Notes under the pieces: model-generated
What the model saw: only the letters and a program-made list of their open reading frames with translations
What the model was told of the DNA's origin: nothing
Databases searched by the model: none
Shown: positions 26,090 to 38,574 of the stretch, in pieces
Position numbering within the stretch: the stretch's first letter is position 1
How the letters are laid out: every line of letters starts with the position of its first letter
Position numbers and translations under genes: made by a program
Source: Epiperipatus broadwayi
Taxonomy: Eukaryota > Animalia > Onychophora
Direction of reading: 5' to 3'
Length of the DNA: 64,000 nt
Assembly (NCBI GenBank): GCA_028023455.1
Contig: JAQFVV010000003.1
Coordinates: 21,018,001-21,082,000 of the forward strand

Positions 26090-27478
26090 TCTCAGTTAAC
26101 CGGATTCTCTTTTGTTCAGTAGTTTTTCTTTTTAGGAAAGAGTAGTTTCCTCCCTTGCCGTCTGCTCCTTTCGTTTCGCCGTTTCAAGTTTTGGAAATAC
26201 CCCCTTTTTGTTCGTCGGCGCGGCTTAGCCCCCCCCACATATCCACCCCACCCCCGCCAAACACACACCTTTCCAACGCGCACAAAAAAAATTCTTGCCC
26301 CTATACCCCCAGAATAAATTAACCATAACTAACATTAACTAGAATGATGCAAATAACGCTATAAATATATAAATCTTAACAAAATTAAAGACCCTCAAAT
26401 TATAAAAATAGTCCTCCCCTACATTTAATAAATTGAAATCCAAGCGATCAAGAGATAATAAAGATTTTTTAGAAAATAATAATTATCGCTTTGAGAGTCT
26501 AGTAACACATGTGGTATTTTGTTGTCTTGTTGTTCGGTTGGTTAGTGTTCATGGTAGATTTTTTTCATGTTTGATTCTCCCAAAGTAGGCGGCATAAATA
26601 TATGGGGTATGTCTTCTTATTCTTGGTCCGGGGGTCCGGTTCTTCCCAGGTTGAGCCAGACCGGCCGGTCCGCATTGGTCACACTTTGCTATCCACAAAG
26701 TTTAGGTTAAGAGTCCAAGTACTTAATCGAAGCTCCCAAAAAATTAATAATACTCTCCCTAAAATTCAAATTATTTTGCCTTCCCCAACTCTTAATCAAT
26801 AATTAATATTGTCATTATATTTCTCTTCTTCTTGCTTTTCTTCTTCTTCCCCCCCCTTGATTTTTCCTCCATCTCTGTCTGCTCATGGTCTCGTTCTTAT
26901 TTGCTATTAGGGTCCTCTTTATTTATAGTTTCGTGACATTTGATGGGAATTTAATTTAGTTTTTATTTTTTAATATTTTTTAGTGGAGCAGAAGTCTAAG
27001 TAGTAAATAGATTATTTTATCCTCTGTTTCTAAATTTGGATTGTTATCTAGCTTACAAATACATTGTTATTGTTTCACTCTCTAAATTTTAATGTATAAT
27101 TGCCCCATTCAAATATCTTAGTCGTTGATCTTTTAACTATTGAGATTAATTAATTTATTATCTTTTTTTCTTTTTTGTTTAAAATGATTTAATAAAAATT
27201 TCTAATTTGTTCTCGATCATTCTTTTTCTTAAAACGAAATAAAAAAAAAAACTACAAATAATGATTATAATAAATTTAATTCCTTAAAAAAATAAAAACT
27301 CTTTTAATTTTAGTTCAATAAATTGACAGTATTTATATAGCTGCGATCTGCTTTAGAAACGGCTGTTTCGTTTATTCTTAAAAAAGATGTTTTTAAAAGT
27401 TTTGTATGTCATTTATTTGTTTTTATATATCTTTAACGTTCCTAGGTTTAAACCCTATGTAACGCTATTCCGTTACAA
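26090..27478. other. CpG/GC-rich segment: possible solo LTR or promoter island
   Basis: CpG intact. Ends TTCCGTTACA followed by (AT)n, the reverse complement of the TGTAACGGAA LTR terminus at 52851. Left end and TSD not clear. Confidence 0.3.
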
Positions 27479-27747
27479 TATATATATATATAACTAAATA
27501 TTTAAACTGTATTGAAATGTAAAACAGTATTCCACAAGAGTCTGTAAATTAATCCCAAGTAATATTCCACAAAAATATGCCCATTAAAAATTAAAAATTG
27601 CTAAGCCAGGCTTAAATAAAAGTGTAGTGCGTCAAAAACCTAACTTAACAATTTTTAAATTTTAACGCCTTGTTAATTATTAATTATCAAAACTCTTGTA
27701 GAATATTATTATATATATATGCGCGCAGAAATTACATATAATAAAAT

Positions 27748-27941
27748 GATTGTTGGTTTAGCATGAAATATGTATATTGGTGATTATTTATCTTTTCAAC
27801 ATATATGTGTTTAAGTGTATCAGTGTTATTAGATGGAGTGGAAAGTGGTGGGTCATGTGAAAGTCTGTGCTCATACCCTAATATTATATATATATATATA
27901 TATATAGACACAGGTATAAATAAGCCTGTGTTTCAGTTATT
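27748..27941 (+). mobile_element. Family A copy, 5'-truncated inside the hammerhead
   Basis: 12-bp TSD atataataaaat (27736-27747 and 27942-27953). 3' hairpin ACACAGG-10nt-CCTGTGT. Confidence 0.75.
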
Positions 27942-30700
27942 ATATAATAAAATCATAAATTACATATTAGATTGATTAGATTTGTAAATTTTTCAAATAA
28001 AAATAAAAATTGCTTAAAGTCATCCTTTCTTCTAATATATATTTACTTTTGTACTATATAAAAAAATAAGAAAATGTAGTTAAGAAAGACGAATTAAAGA
28101 AAAATACTTTTTTATTTTTTAAAAAATAAAGATAAAATAAAAGTTTAACTACGCAAAAAAGTAGCATCTTAAGTTTTTCCTCTGTGATTTTAGTGGATTT
28201 CTGATTTAATTATTTGCCTTAGTATAAATTTTTATCTTAGCCGCAGTAATGAAGAAATATTCACCTTCCAGCAAACAGTCATAGCTAAATGTAAAGGACA
28301 CTAACCTAACTTACAGCTTCACTCATTTATGAAAGAAAGCCGATAGTCAAATCCAAAAAGATCAGTATTTTTTATAGAGATATAATTCCATGTTATAATA
28401 TGTGATTTGATTTCAAGTATCTAGCAGTCATTTACGAAAAGTATGCAGACTATCTCATTCTTCAATGTAAATGGGTACGCCAGAGTATTTCTATTTTCTA
28501 TGAAATTTTCTGAGAATATAAACTTTGCGTTAATTCTGTATATTGCTAATGGCTGTTTGTAAGTGAAGATTATCCATTTTCCATCAATTGTAAATAATAA
28601 AGAAAAATCTGAATTTTATTTTACATTTGTTATGTAAATATTTATAGAAATAAAAACAAATGAAAAAACTTAATCTACGGAGAAATTTTTGTATTTATTA
28701 AGACAATTAAGATATTTTAAAATGACTATTTTAAAACAAATTGGATTTAATTTAGTAAAATAGTTTATTTTGATGTTTATTAAAGTAAAATAGTTATATG
28801 TATAAATATACTATTCATTATATTTTCGACTTATATGATGAATATTTAATTAGAAAATCAAGAATTACTTCTAAAATCCTGCCTATCTAAATGAGAGAAA
28901 TATCTCCTGCAGAACTAGTATTGCCTAAGTAAACTCTGCCCTCCAGGGACAAGGACTTTAGAATTGCTCACCTTATAAATCACTGAAATATAGCTCGAGG
29001 TTCTGTTATCAAAAAACGTTTTCCTTCTCCTTTGTATTAGAACGTTCAAACCTTGTTTGGTTTTCATCGATTGGCAGAGAGCGTAATTCCTGTTTTTCAT
29101 TGTAAAGTATTGTAATCCAAATTTATTGATCTTACCTTCTGATTGTATCATCCGTTTACTTGTATTTATTATTCTATAATAAAATTTCTATATTTATATA
29201 AGAATAAAAAAGCAAGATTGTAAAACGAATGAAAATTCAGAATTAGTGAAAAAATTATAAGTTTTCGATATATTGATTTCCCCATAAATGGAGAAAGCTA
29301 GAAGATATTTTTTAAAGAAAGTTAAAGAACAAATTGAAAAGTAAGATTGCAGTTTATTATGGAAAAAATAAAGATTACAATAATAGAGCAGATGAGTTAA
29401 TAAACTAAGGGCAAAGACCAGCAGTCATTAATAGTTTTTGCTTTCTTCGATATTCTTTAACAATAATGGTTTCTGCAGTCAATAAATTTTCCTAGATTAA
29501 CACAAACAGAATTGTACTGAATAACCAAGAAGACAGTTTTAGTAAAGACAATTTTTAGAAATCAGTAAGAAACTTCCTCTAGCTACAGTGTTTATCAAAC
29601 CTATACGTAAAGAGAGATCCCAATAATGTTTATACTATTGAAAAGTCTTCAGACAACAAATAATTAAGAGACTTTATTTGAAGGAATGTCATTCGTGTGT
29701 TCATCATAAGTCAATATCTATTTGTTGGTATTTAACAACATTTGTACTAATAATACTAAACATCGAATGTCTGTTTTGTATACTACTAATTGCATTGTGT
29801 TTTAAGATATAGATGTGCAAGAGTTAATGATTATACATTACACTATTTTCCATTCACAGCTATTTCTGAATGGAAACGTCAAAGTAATTATTTTGTTGTT
29901 GTTTTTTTTTCATAATTAAAAATAATAATAATCTAAACTGCAAGATTGTAGCTTAATAGAGGAGCCGATTCTTAGTCGAATGATTAATTCATATTTAATT
30001 TTGCATTGTTTTAGAAAATGCAAAAGTTTAATACTATTGATTTTCTGTCAGAGTTAAAAAAAATATCTTGCTGGTAGATCAATTAAACTTATTTGTTTTT
30101 CAGTTTAATAACATGTTGGAAAAAATGCAAAAATAAATAAATGATGTCATTTAAAAATCCTTAGGATTATTTTGAAAAATGTAAAATGCTGCACGTACAT
30201 TCATATGCAAATATGAGTGTGTGTTTTACATTTAAATGAAGCAAAATGCTTGCTAAAGTTTGATACAAACTAAATATTGAGATGTAAAAGTGCATTTATT
30301 AAACTTTTCATTTGGGAAGAAAATGTTCATATATACATATATTATGAATATTATCATAAATGGTTGACTACTGTTTAATATTATTTGTAAATAAATAAAT
30401 AAATCATATGATTTTTTCACATTATTAAATTTTAAAATGTAATCGATTGCATATAGAGTCTAGAAGATTATAATTTAAGAACCTTAAAGTATAAATATTT
30501 GCTTTTGAAACAAGTTTTTGTTTAGTAAATGTTCTATTTGATTTAACACAATAATGATGGATCTAATAACACAATATTCTTGGATCAATTCTCAACTGAC
30601 TAAAGTAAAAAGTATAATAATTTGATAAATAGAGTGGAACGACAAACATTTAATAAACATAATACACTTATTTTTATAATAAAAAAATAAAAATTATAAT

Positions 30701-31090
30701 GGGTTTGAACTCAGACTTTCACATGACCGTCAACCATCCATGCTATCTCATACTAGTGATACATTTGATCACACACATGTCAAAAAGATAAATAATCACC
30801 AATATAATATTTCGTGCCAAACCAGCACTCATCAGTTGGTCCAGATTATCATCTCCAGCTGAGCTTTGATTATATATATATGTGGAGATGATAATCTGGA
30901 CCAAGTGCTGTTTTAGCACAATATATATATTGGTGATTATTTATATCTTTTTGACATGTATGTGATCAAGTGTATCAGTGATATGAGATAGCATGGATGG
31001 TTGAGGGTCATGTGAAAATCTGAGTTCAAACCCCCTATATATTACATATATAAGTGCAGGTATGAAAAAGCCTATACTGTAGAAAAAGTT
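30701..31090 (+). mobile_element. Family A head-to-head foldback insertion
   Basis: About 155-bp inverted arms (30701-30857 and 30882-31033), about 25-bp spacer, tail gtgcaggtatgaaaaagcct. Confidence 0.85.
30798..30840 (-). ncRNA. Minimal type I hammerhead ribozyme with intact core
   Basis: ACCAA CTGATGA GTGCT GGTTT GGCAC GAAA TATTATA TTGGT: full core, stems I and II, 2-bp stem III, AUA cleavage triplet. Confidence 0.75.
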
Positions 31091-31772
31091 CATATTTAAA
31101 AATTATTCTATAATTATTTAATCCGCCATATTTATTTATATTTCATAAAAAATAAAAAAAAAACTTGAATGAAGTTGAAGCTGGATTTAGAATAGAAAAT
31201 AAAGAAATCAACAATTTATAATTCAAAAATCAGCAAACTAATATTTGTTCATTTATAAAATAAAAAATTTAAGTAAACAACCTAAAAATAGTCTCAATCC
31301 AATATCTTATCTTTCTACAGTTTAACTTTATAAACAAAGAAAACATTAATAAAAAAAATATGGCATAAAATTGTGAAACTTTTAATTCCAGTCAGGCCCA
31401 ACCTGAAGAAAGTGCAAATTGATGTAACTTCACTCAGTGACATCTTTAATATTATCTTGGGCTCATTTATTCTACTTAAATAACTAACTCACATATTGCT
31501 TTTACTAAATAAACAAAAATTCGCAAAATTACAGATAAATACACAAAACTACAAATGAGATTACTATTAACCAAATCCCTAATTCTAGAGCTTTGTTAGA
31601 TTTGCCCATTTTCCGATCTCACCAAAAACCCTTTTTTCTTTTTATAAATTCAAATTCTGCTAAAACTAAAATAAACTTTACGTTTACTCTCTATAGTTTA
31701 TGTATACTGATTTTCATAAATTATATAAATTTGTTTTATTAGTAATAATATAATATTTAAAATACAGAATAT

Positions 31773-32141
31773 GTAATATATAGGGGTTTGAACTCAGACT
31801 TTTACATGACCCTCAACTATCCATGCTATCTCATATTGCTGACACACTTGATCACACATATGTTGAAAAGATAAATAATCAGTAACATTTGTATTTCATG
31901 CTAAACCAGCACTCATCCGTTGGTTTTTGTACATATATATAATCAATGTGTGGAGATGATAATCTGAACCAGCTGGCGAGTGCTGGTTTAGCATGAAATA
32001 TGTGTATTGGTGATTATTTATCTTTTCAACATATGTGTGATCAAGTATGTCAGTAGTATGAGATAGCATGAATAGTTGAGGATTGTGCACAACATATTGG
32101 AGTGCAGATATGAAAAAGCCTGTGCTTTAGAAAAAAAAAAA
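31773..32141 (+). mobile_element. Family A foldback insertion with poly(A) and TSD
   Basis: 16-bp TSD ttaaaatacagaatat (31757-31772 and 32142-32157), A11 tail, inverted arms each with a mutated HHR core (CGGATGA; CTGGCGA). Confidence 0.85.
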
Positions 32142-33222
32142 TTAAAATACAGAATATACTTATATATACATCACTACAGAATTTTTATATAGCAATAATT
32201 AAAACAATAGTTTGTAGTATTGTTAAATAAGGGATTTTAAATTAGTGTTTGAATTAATGATAGCCTACCTGGACAATAAGTGATAGAATTCTTTTGAGTA
32301 TATTTGTGTGTATGCTTTACAAAGTGGGGATTTTTTCCCTTTATTTCATTTAGCTTAGTGAACTTTTGGTGCTGAACACTATAATCATAGCTATGATATA
32401 TGTACACAAAAGAATTACATGCGTAAGGAAGGAAAAATTAATATTAAATGAATGACAGAAATTATTGAAGAAAAGATGGTTACATATAATAATGGGACTA
32501 TAAATTTAAACATTATTTATCCATAGCTACAATTATACATGTGTATAATTTAGTGATTAAGTAACAATGCAAACATTATTATCCTTATTAGAGCTTATTT
32601 GCGAGCTCTTTATATAACATAATTATTATCCTTACTTTTAGCAAGTTATTAATAAATATATATTAAATCATTACAATTTAATCTAAAAGTGTCACAATTG
32701 CGATATGCACAATTATGAAAGTATTGATGATTATTACAATCATTTATTAAGTTAAAAATTATTATATCCTATTATCTTAGAGATATACTTGAAATTTTAA
32801 TAATAATTAGACATGACTACATTGAAGAATACATTAAAATATATTCTTTTCCATGTATAATATCTTAAAAATACTTATAATTTTTTTTATTTTACCAAAA
32901 ATACTTTAATAATATTAATAAATATATTTGAAAAAGGATAAATAATCCCAAGATACATTTTATGCTGGACCAGTACTCTTTGTCTGGCCTAGTCATACCT
33001 CTTATGTGTCTCTATCATCCTTGCTCATTATTTACCACTATTAAATTATTACAATTCATTCTAAAGATATCAAACTTTTTGCACTCATAACTATGATATC
33101 AATGTGCCCAGATATATAGTTTAATGACTGTTGGTAATCATTTGTTGAAAATATTACAAGAATAAATTATATTTGTTTAAATAAAAATAATAAATATATT
33201 ATAACACATAAAAAAATATATT

Positions 33223-33289
33223 AAAACAGGCAAAACTCTCCATACAGTAGTGCCACTCAGTGCAAGTCAGATCATATGATGTTTAGTGG
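33223..33289 (+). mobile_element. Internally collapsed family B element
   Basis: aaaacaggcaaaactctccatacagtagtgccactcagtgcaag fused to the tail atcatatgatgtttagtgg. Confidence 0.55.
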
Positions 33290-33921
33290 ATAAAATATAA
33301 TGAAGTCGAATTAATTCTTCCATGTGATTGTGTTTAATAATAATAGATATATATATTTTCACTTGAGGTTTAGTGTGTACATCAAGCTTAAAAAGTATTA
33401 AAATAATTTCTAAGCCTAAAAATGATTAGCAATAATCGTTAATGTATTTTTTTAAAAAGGATGTCATCATAGTTGTATATGCTTTGTAAAATATTGTAAT
33501 GATTTCTTATAGATAAAAATGTAGACATATGACAAATTATGGTCTGGGCCAAGTGATGAGTATTGAGGTAGCATGAAATACATCTTAACATTTTTTTTGC
33601 ATTTTTTAAATGGCTTTATTTATATGATTAAAATATTTATGTTAAAGTGAAAGCTATAAATATATTTTCTACATGGGTAATATTTTTTTATTTTTAAAAC
33701 TAAATATTATAAGATTTTATTATCTTATTGTCTGACCTTTAACATGAGTTTATTTTAATAATAATAATTTTAATTAAAATAGTTTTTTAACTATGAAATT
33801 ATCTTACTTTTAAATGTAAAATCAAATTGAAACAGAAAAAAACTCTTCATACAGTAGTACCAATCAGTACAAGCCAGAGGGCTTGTGCATAAAATCCCTA
33901 TTTAGTGCCTACTCATCCAGT

Positions 33922-33965
33922 ATCCTCAGACTAGTTTTTGGCTTGTGGCCTTCATCAGTGAGGAT
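33922..33965 (-). ncRNA. Minimal hammerhead (family B, inverted arm)
   Basis: ATCCTCA CTGATGA A GGC CACAA GCC A AAAA CTAG TC TGAGGAT: 7-bp stem I, GUC site, G12 changed to A. Confidence 0.65.
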
Positions 33966-33978
33966 CTCAGATCCAAAG

Positions 33979-34022
33979 TTCCTTACTGACGAAGGCCACA
34001 AACCAGAAATTAGTCTAGGGAT
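33979..34022 (+). ncRNA. Minimal hammerhead (family B, forward arm)
   Basis: TTCCTTA CTGACGA A GGC CACAA ACC A GAAA TTAG TC TAGGGAT: intact CUGACGA, GAAA and GUC. Confidence 0.65.
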
Positions 34023-36902
34023 ATTGGATGAGAAGGCACTAGATATGGATTTTATGCACATGCCTTCTGGCATCCATTGATTACTCTGGCTTGAACTGAG
34101 TGGCACTACTGTATGAAGACTTTGCCTGTTTTAATATCAGATATGGGAAAGCATAAGAAACAGTGATCATGTGATGTTTAGTGGTTTAAAATCAAATTTA
34201 TTAAAATTGGCACAGATCCAATGTTATAAAGGATACGTTCTAGCTTTTTTATCTTTATCTTGAGAAGTTTAATGGGTTAATATTTTACAAATAATAAAAA
34301 AATAGGAAAATCATGATGATCTCATTTGACTTATTTTAATCTATTTTTTTGGAATTCAAATGTCACTTGATAGTAGACTCAAATTATGATGTTCCTAAAT
34401 TGAAGCACAAAATATCACTTTTAGAACATAAATGGCACATCACTTTCCAATCAATTAATCTTCTTTTTCAATTTTTAAATCATTTATATAGAAATAACTT
34501 TTGAAGTATGTTTTAAAATATTTTTTATCATCCAAAACTTCTTTTCATACATTAAAAAACTATTGCAAGGATAAATGTTTTTTTTTCTGGAAATTGATCC
34601 ACAAAGAAATATTTGAATAATAATACTTTCTTCATTGGGCTCAAACAACATCTATGCTATGCATGGGTTTAGTATAGTTCTAGATTGATATATCTATAGA
34701 TCATGATTTTTCTTTGTCACTTGCAATACATTTGAATTCCTGAGCAAAAACCATTTGATTATATTTTATTTATATCGACTTATATTTGTGAAAAAAATTT
34801 TTTTTTGTTTTATCCTGGAGGTAAAATTGAAAAAATGCTAATTTTGTTTGGCTAATAAAACTGGCTATGTTCTCATTATTAAAAAAAAAATACCTACACT
34901 TGCTTAAAAATTCTCAGTTATTTGCAAACATTTATCTGTCTACCTAGGTTCAAACATGAGTGTAGAAAGTTGATACACAATTATGTATACCATACTTCAC
35001 ATATTTTTATATCCTTGACAACAGTGATATTGGAATTGTCTAAGTATTGCTGTTTTTTAATGATTACACTTATATTATACATTTAAAATATATACTTTTT
35101 TATTGGAAATCATTAATTAAAATAATAATTAGCTGTATACAAAATACATGTCTAATGTTGTGATACCTGTTATATTTACATATTTTACTTTCTAACTTGA
35201 TCTGTTGTGATGAACTACTTTTTAATTTTCTTTGCAAATACAATAACTTAGGAGATTAAATATGAAAAATAATCAAAGGTTTATCCACTTGGAAAGTCAT
35301 GCTTTGTTTTAGCACTATATAAGATGGACTGAACTTTGTATTTAATTTATTAAAAAAAATAATTAACACTTTAGTTACTAGGGTGAGTAATTGATATTTG
35401 AGTGTCAGAACTGGGGGACATTTAATCTTTGATTCAAGAAACATTAGCACTTGAATTTATCACATTATTACTGTGTTAAATCACATATGACAAAAGGTCA
35501 AATGATATCCAGAATGAAAATAGGATGTATAATCATTATACTTAATTTACTACTTTGTCTATTTTGTATATTTTTTAATTACAATTGAACCAGAATCTTT
35601 TAGTTCATGAGACAGACATGAATACTATTTTCTTATAATGTTTAATAATAATCCATTTATATATTGTTATCTCCAAGTGTATATTCAGCAGAATATATTC
35701 CAATAAGTACTTTACAATCGAAACAGGAGCAGTTTTAAGACAGAAGTACTAATTATTAATAATTTTAATATTTTATTCTGTTTAATTTATAACTTAATTA
35801 TGCATTAAATTTTATTGCATTTTTATTTTATTGTATCATTCAATTTTTATCATATTAAATTCTAAATTTTGATTGCTTTAAATTTATAGCAGATAAGATT
35901 TTAACCCCGTTTTTAAAAAAAATGAAAAATTTTGCTTTTGAAACAAGTTTTTATTGAATAATAAATATTTATTTAATTTAATGCAAATTTTATTTGAAAA
36001 GCTAAAATAACTGCTCCTAATCAATTATATTTCTACCACAACAATTACAATAAAAAGAATATCAAGAAATTGATAATTTGAGTTCAGGCTTTATTAATAG
36101 GAGATCTATTTTTTGATATCAGCAGATTCTGTTATATTTTTTTTCTCAGAAATTTATTTAAATGAAAAACAAAATATCCAAAAATAACATAAAATGTTTA
36201 TTTCTAAAATAAAGTTAATGAAATAAAAATCAAAGACTTACATTTTAAAGGTTAATGTAAAATACACTGTAATCAACATGCAGATGGCAATCAGTAGGTT
36301 GAACATCACTTAAATAAAAGTAAGTTTTATTTTTAAATTATAGAATAAAATATTAGCATTGGAAGTATTTCCCTGTAATGTTTAATGCAGTGGGAGAGTA
36401 GCAGATTTTGGAGTTCAAGATCTACTATTACAGTCTAAACTCCGTTATTTTTGTGCTCAAACTTGTTATAAACTCCTGTGCAATAAATCATTTTTAATAA
36501 AAAACATTAATTTGCATATATATTCTTTTACATTTGTACATAAAAGAGTGGCTTTGTTCTTTATACTTGATTAGTTCTACCAAATATCATGAGATTTCAA
36601 TCAATGATATAATAAGGGCATGGTTCTCTTAAGAATAATGTTAATAATATTTAATTAGTACTATAATATAGGAAAATGTTAGATTCACTTTTAAATATTG
36701 ACAATAATATACATTAATATAATACTTTATTTTTCAGTATATATGTTTGTTTAAAAATATATAATAACTAAAGACAAAAATTAAAATTTTTATGTAAAAT
36801 AATTGCATGAACACATTAATTTTTTAAAAATATTACCTGCAACCAATACACTTATTAATAATTCCAAAGATTGGATATCACCTGAATAACCCCCTCCTCC
36901 AG

Positions 36903-37019
36903 GCAGTTTACAAAATCATATGCCCCCAGAATGGATGCAAAGCAATCTATTATGGGGAAACTTGTACTACTCTAGCCACTAGAGTTTTGCAACATCATTA
37001 TTTATATAATAGAGCATGA
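36903..37019 (+). mobile_element. PLE-type GIY-YIG endonuclease fragment
   Basis: AVYKIICPQNGCKAIYYGETCTTLATRVLQH: the VYKI-C-C-YIGET-L-R-H pattern. Confidence 0.65.
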
Positions 37020-38261
37020 ATCAATTCCAAATATAACTCAATATTTTTTACTATATCAAAGGTCTACCAGCCATGTGTTTAAATCCACAGTGGCAGAAAT
37101 ACTTTGCATGGAGTGGAACAATGTAAAATGTAAGATGAAAGAGATATGCTATATAGAAGACAATGCCATCAATCAGAAGGAATCCTGCTTTTCCATTACT
37201 AAAAAATGGGCCCATTTAAATGCATTGCATAAATTTGCATACACTATGTTTATAAAGAATGTTTTACCAGCACTTCCATCATATGCTGTGAATATGGGAA
37301 CTAGACATTCCTGAAAGTGCTTAGCCTTTATATTTTGTTTATTATTATAGCTTCACGTTTCTGCATTTTAGTGCAATATAAACATTACTTTGTTATATGT
37401 AAAGTATAATTAATTATTTAATTATATAAGTTAATGAAATATTTTTCATCTACATATTTACTTTAAAAATAAAAAGGGGTTTAACCACTTTTTTTTTAGA
37501 AATGTTATGTTCAAATTTCAAAACACTTTTACAAAATAATCAAAGTGTGTAAGGGGAATTTTTTTATTAATACCCAAATAATTGGTAGCAAAAATGTGTC
37601 TATATTTTTGTGATTTTTTATATTTATAAATATAAAATGGCTTCTACTTTTAGTGACTGCTATTTATATGTTATGCAATCTAGTAACATTTTAAAAGCAA
37701 AAAATATTCATTTACTTTTCTCACATGATTAATATTAAAAATTTGTTTTATAATACAATCCCTTTTGCAATCAGATGTTTATTTCATTTGCATAAAATTT
37801 CATTACAAATTTTTTAACTATATTTTTTATTTGAACCATTACAATTTGAAAGTAAAGTTTGCTTTTAGTTGTCTATCGATTATGGTATCCTCATGTATTT
37901 TCAAATGGCAGACAACTATATTTTGTTTACCTTTGGTAATATCTAATTTCTATTGCAAGAAGATGTGATAGTAGGTGAGTAGTTGAGTCTTCAAATTGAT
38001 TTTAATCAATTACAAAAGATCTAAAAACAAGACTCATGTATGAATGGATAAAATAAGAAAATTTGTTAATGCATGCAGAAAAAAAAAGTTTTCTATTGCA
38101 GAAAATGGTTTAAATTTAGAAAAACCTTCATCCTGCACTGGGTTGATAATGGTTGAAAATGGTAATCATGAATGTTTAATTTTACATTTAAGTTGTAAAG
38201 TCAACATTTTCTTTTTAAAAGTATTGTTGCTACACTAAAATTACAAAGAATGCATCTAGAT

Positions 38262-38574
38262 CAGAGGTAAGGAAATAATGGACCACAGGCTGGCTACATG
38301 TGGCTTGGTAAGTTTTTTGTGGCCTGCCAAGACAGTCAGAAAAATCAACCTTGAATTGAGATTTTCTTCCTGTGTGTTTATTGTGTCATGAAATGACAGC
38401 TGTATTTAAGGAGTAAAATCTGAAATGATGCCACTATTTTATTTTAATTTATATTTATTCATTTTATACCTTTTCTGAAATGCAAGGTTAACTAATGAAT
38501 GCAATCATTTTAAAAAGGTGTGGCCCTCCGCTTCCACAAAGTGGTTCCCAAGCCAAAACAATTGCCTACACCTG
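38262..38574. mobile_element. hAT (Charlie-like) MITE, 313 bp
   Basis: TIRs CAGAGGTAAGGAAA / CAGGTGTAGGCAAT. Perfect 8-bp TSD ATCTAGAT (38254-38261 and 38575-38582), matching the nTCTAGAn hAT target. Confidence 0.85.

Larger units (their letters stand above)
33829..34186 (+). mobile_element. Family B head-to-head foldback insertion
   Basis: 12-bp TSD taaaatcaaatt (33817-33828 and 34187-34198); inverted arms each containing an HHR; 3' tail. Confidence 0.85.

Noticed and set aside
26815-26886. Arg-rich peptide MSRQRWRKNQGGGRRRKARRREI as a protamine or viral core protein
   Set aside because: It arises from a low-complexity purine tract and depends on the length of a G8 run; no supporting ORFs.
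36394-36480. GRVADFG as a kinase DFG exon
   Set aside because: No usable donor and no other kinase motifs anywhere in the window.
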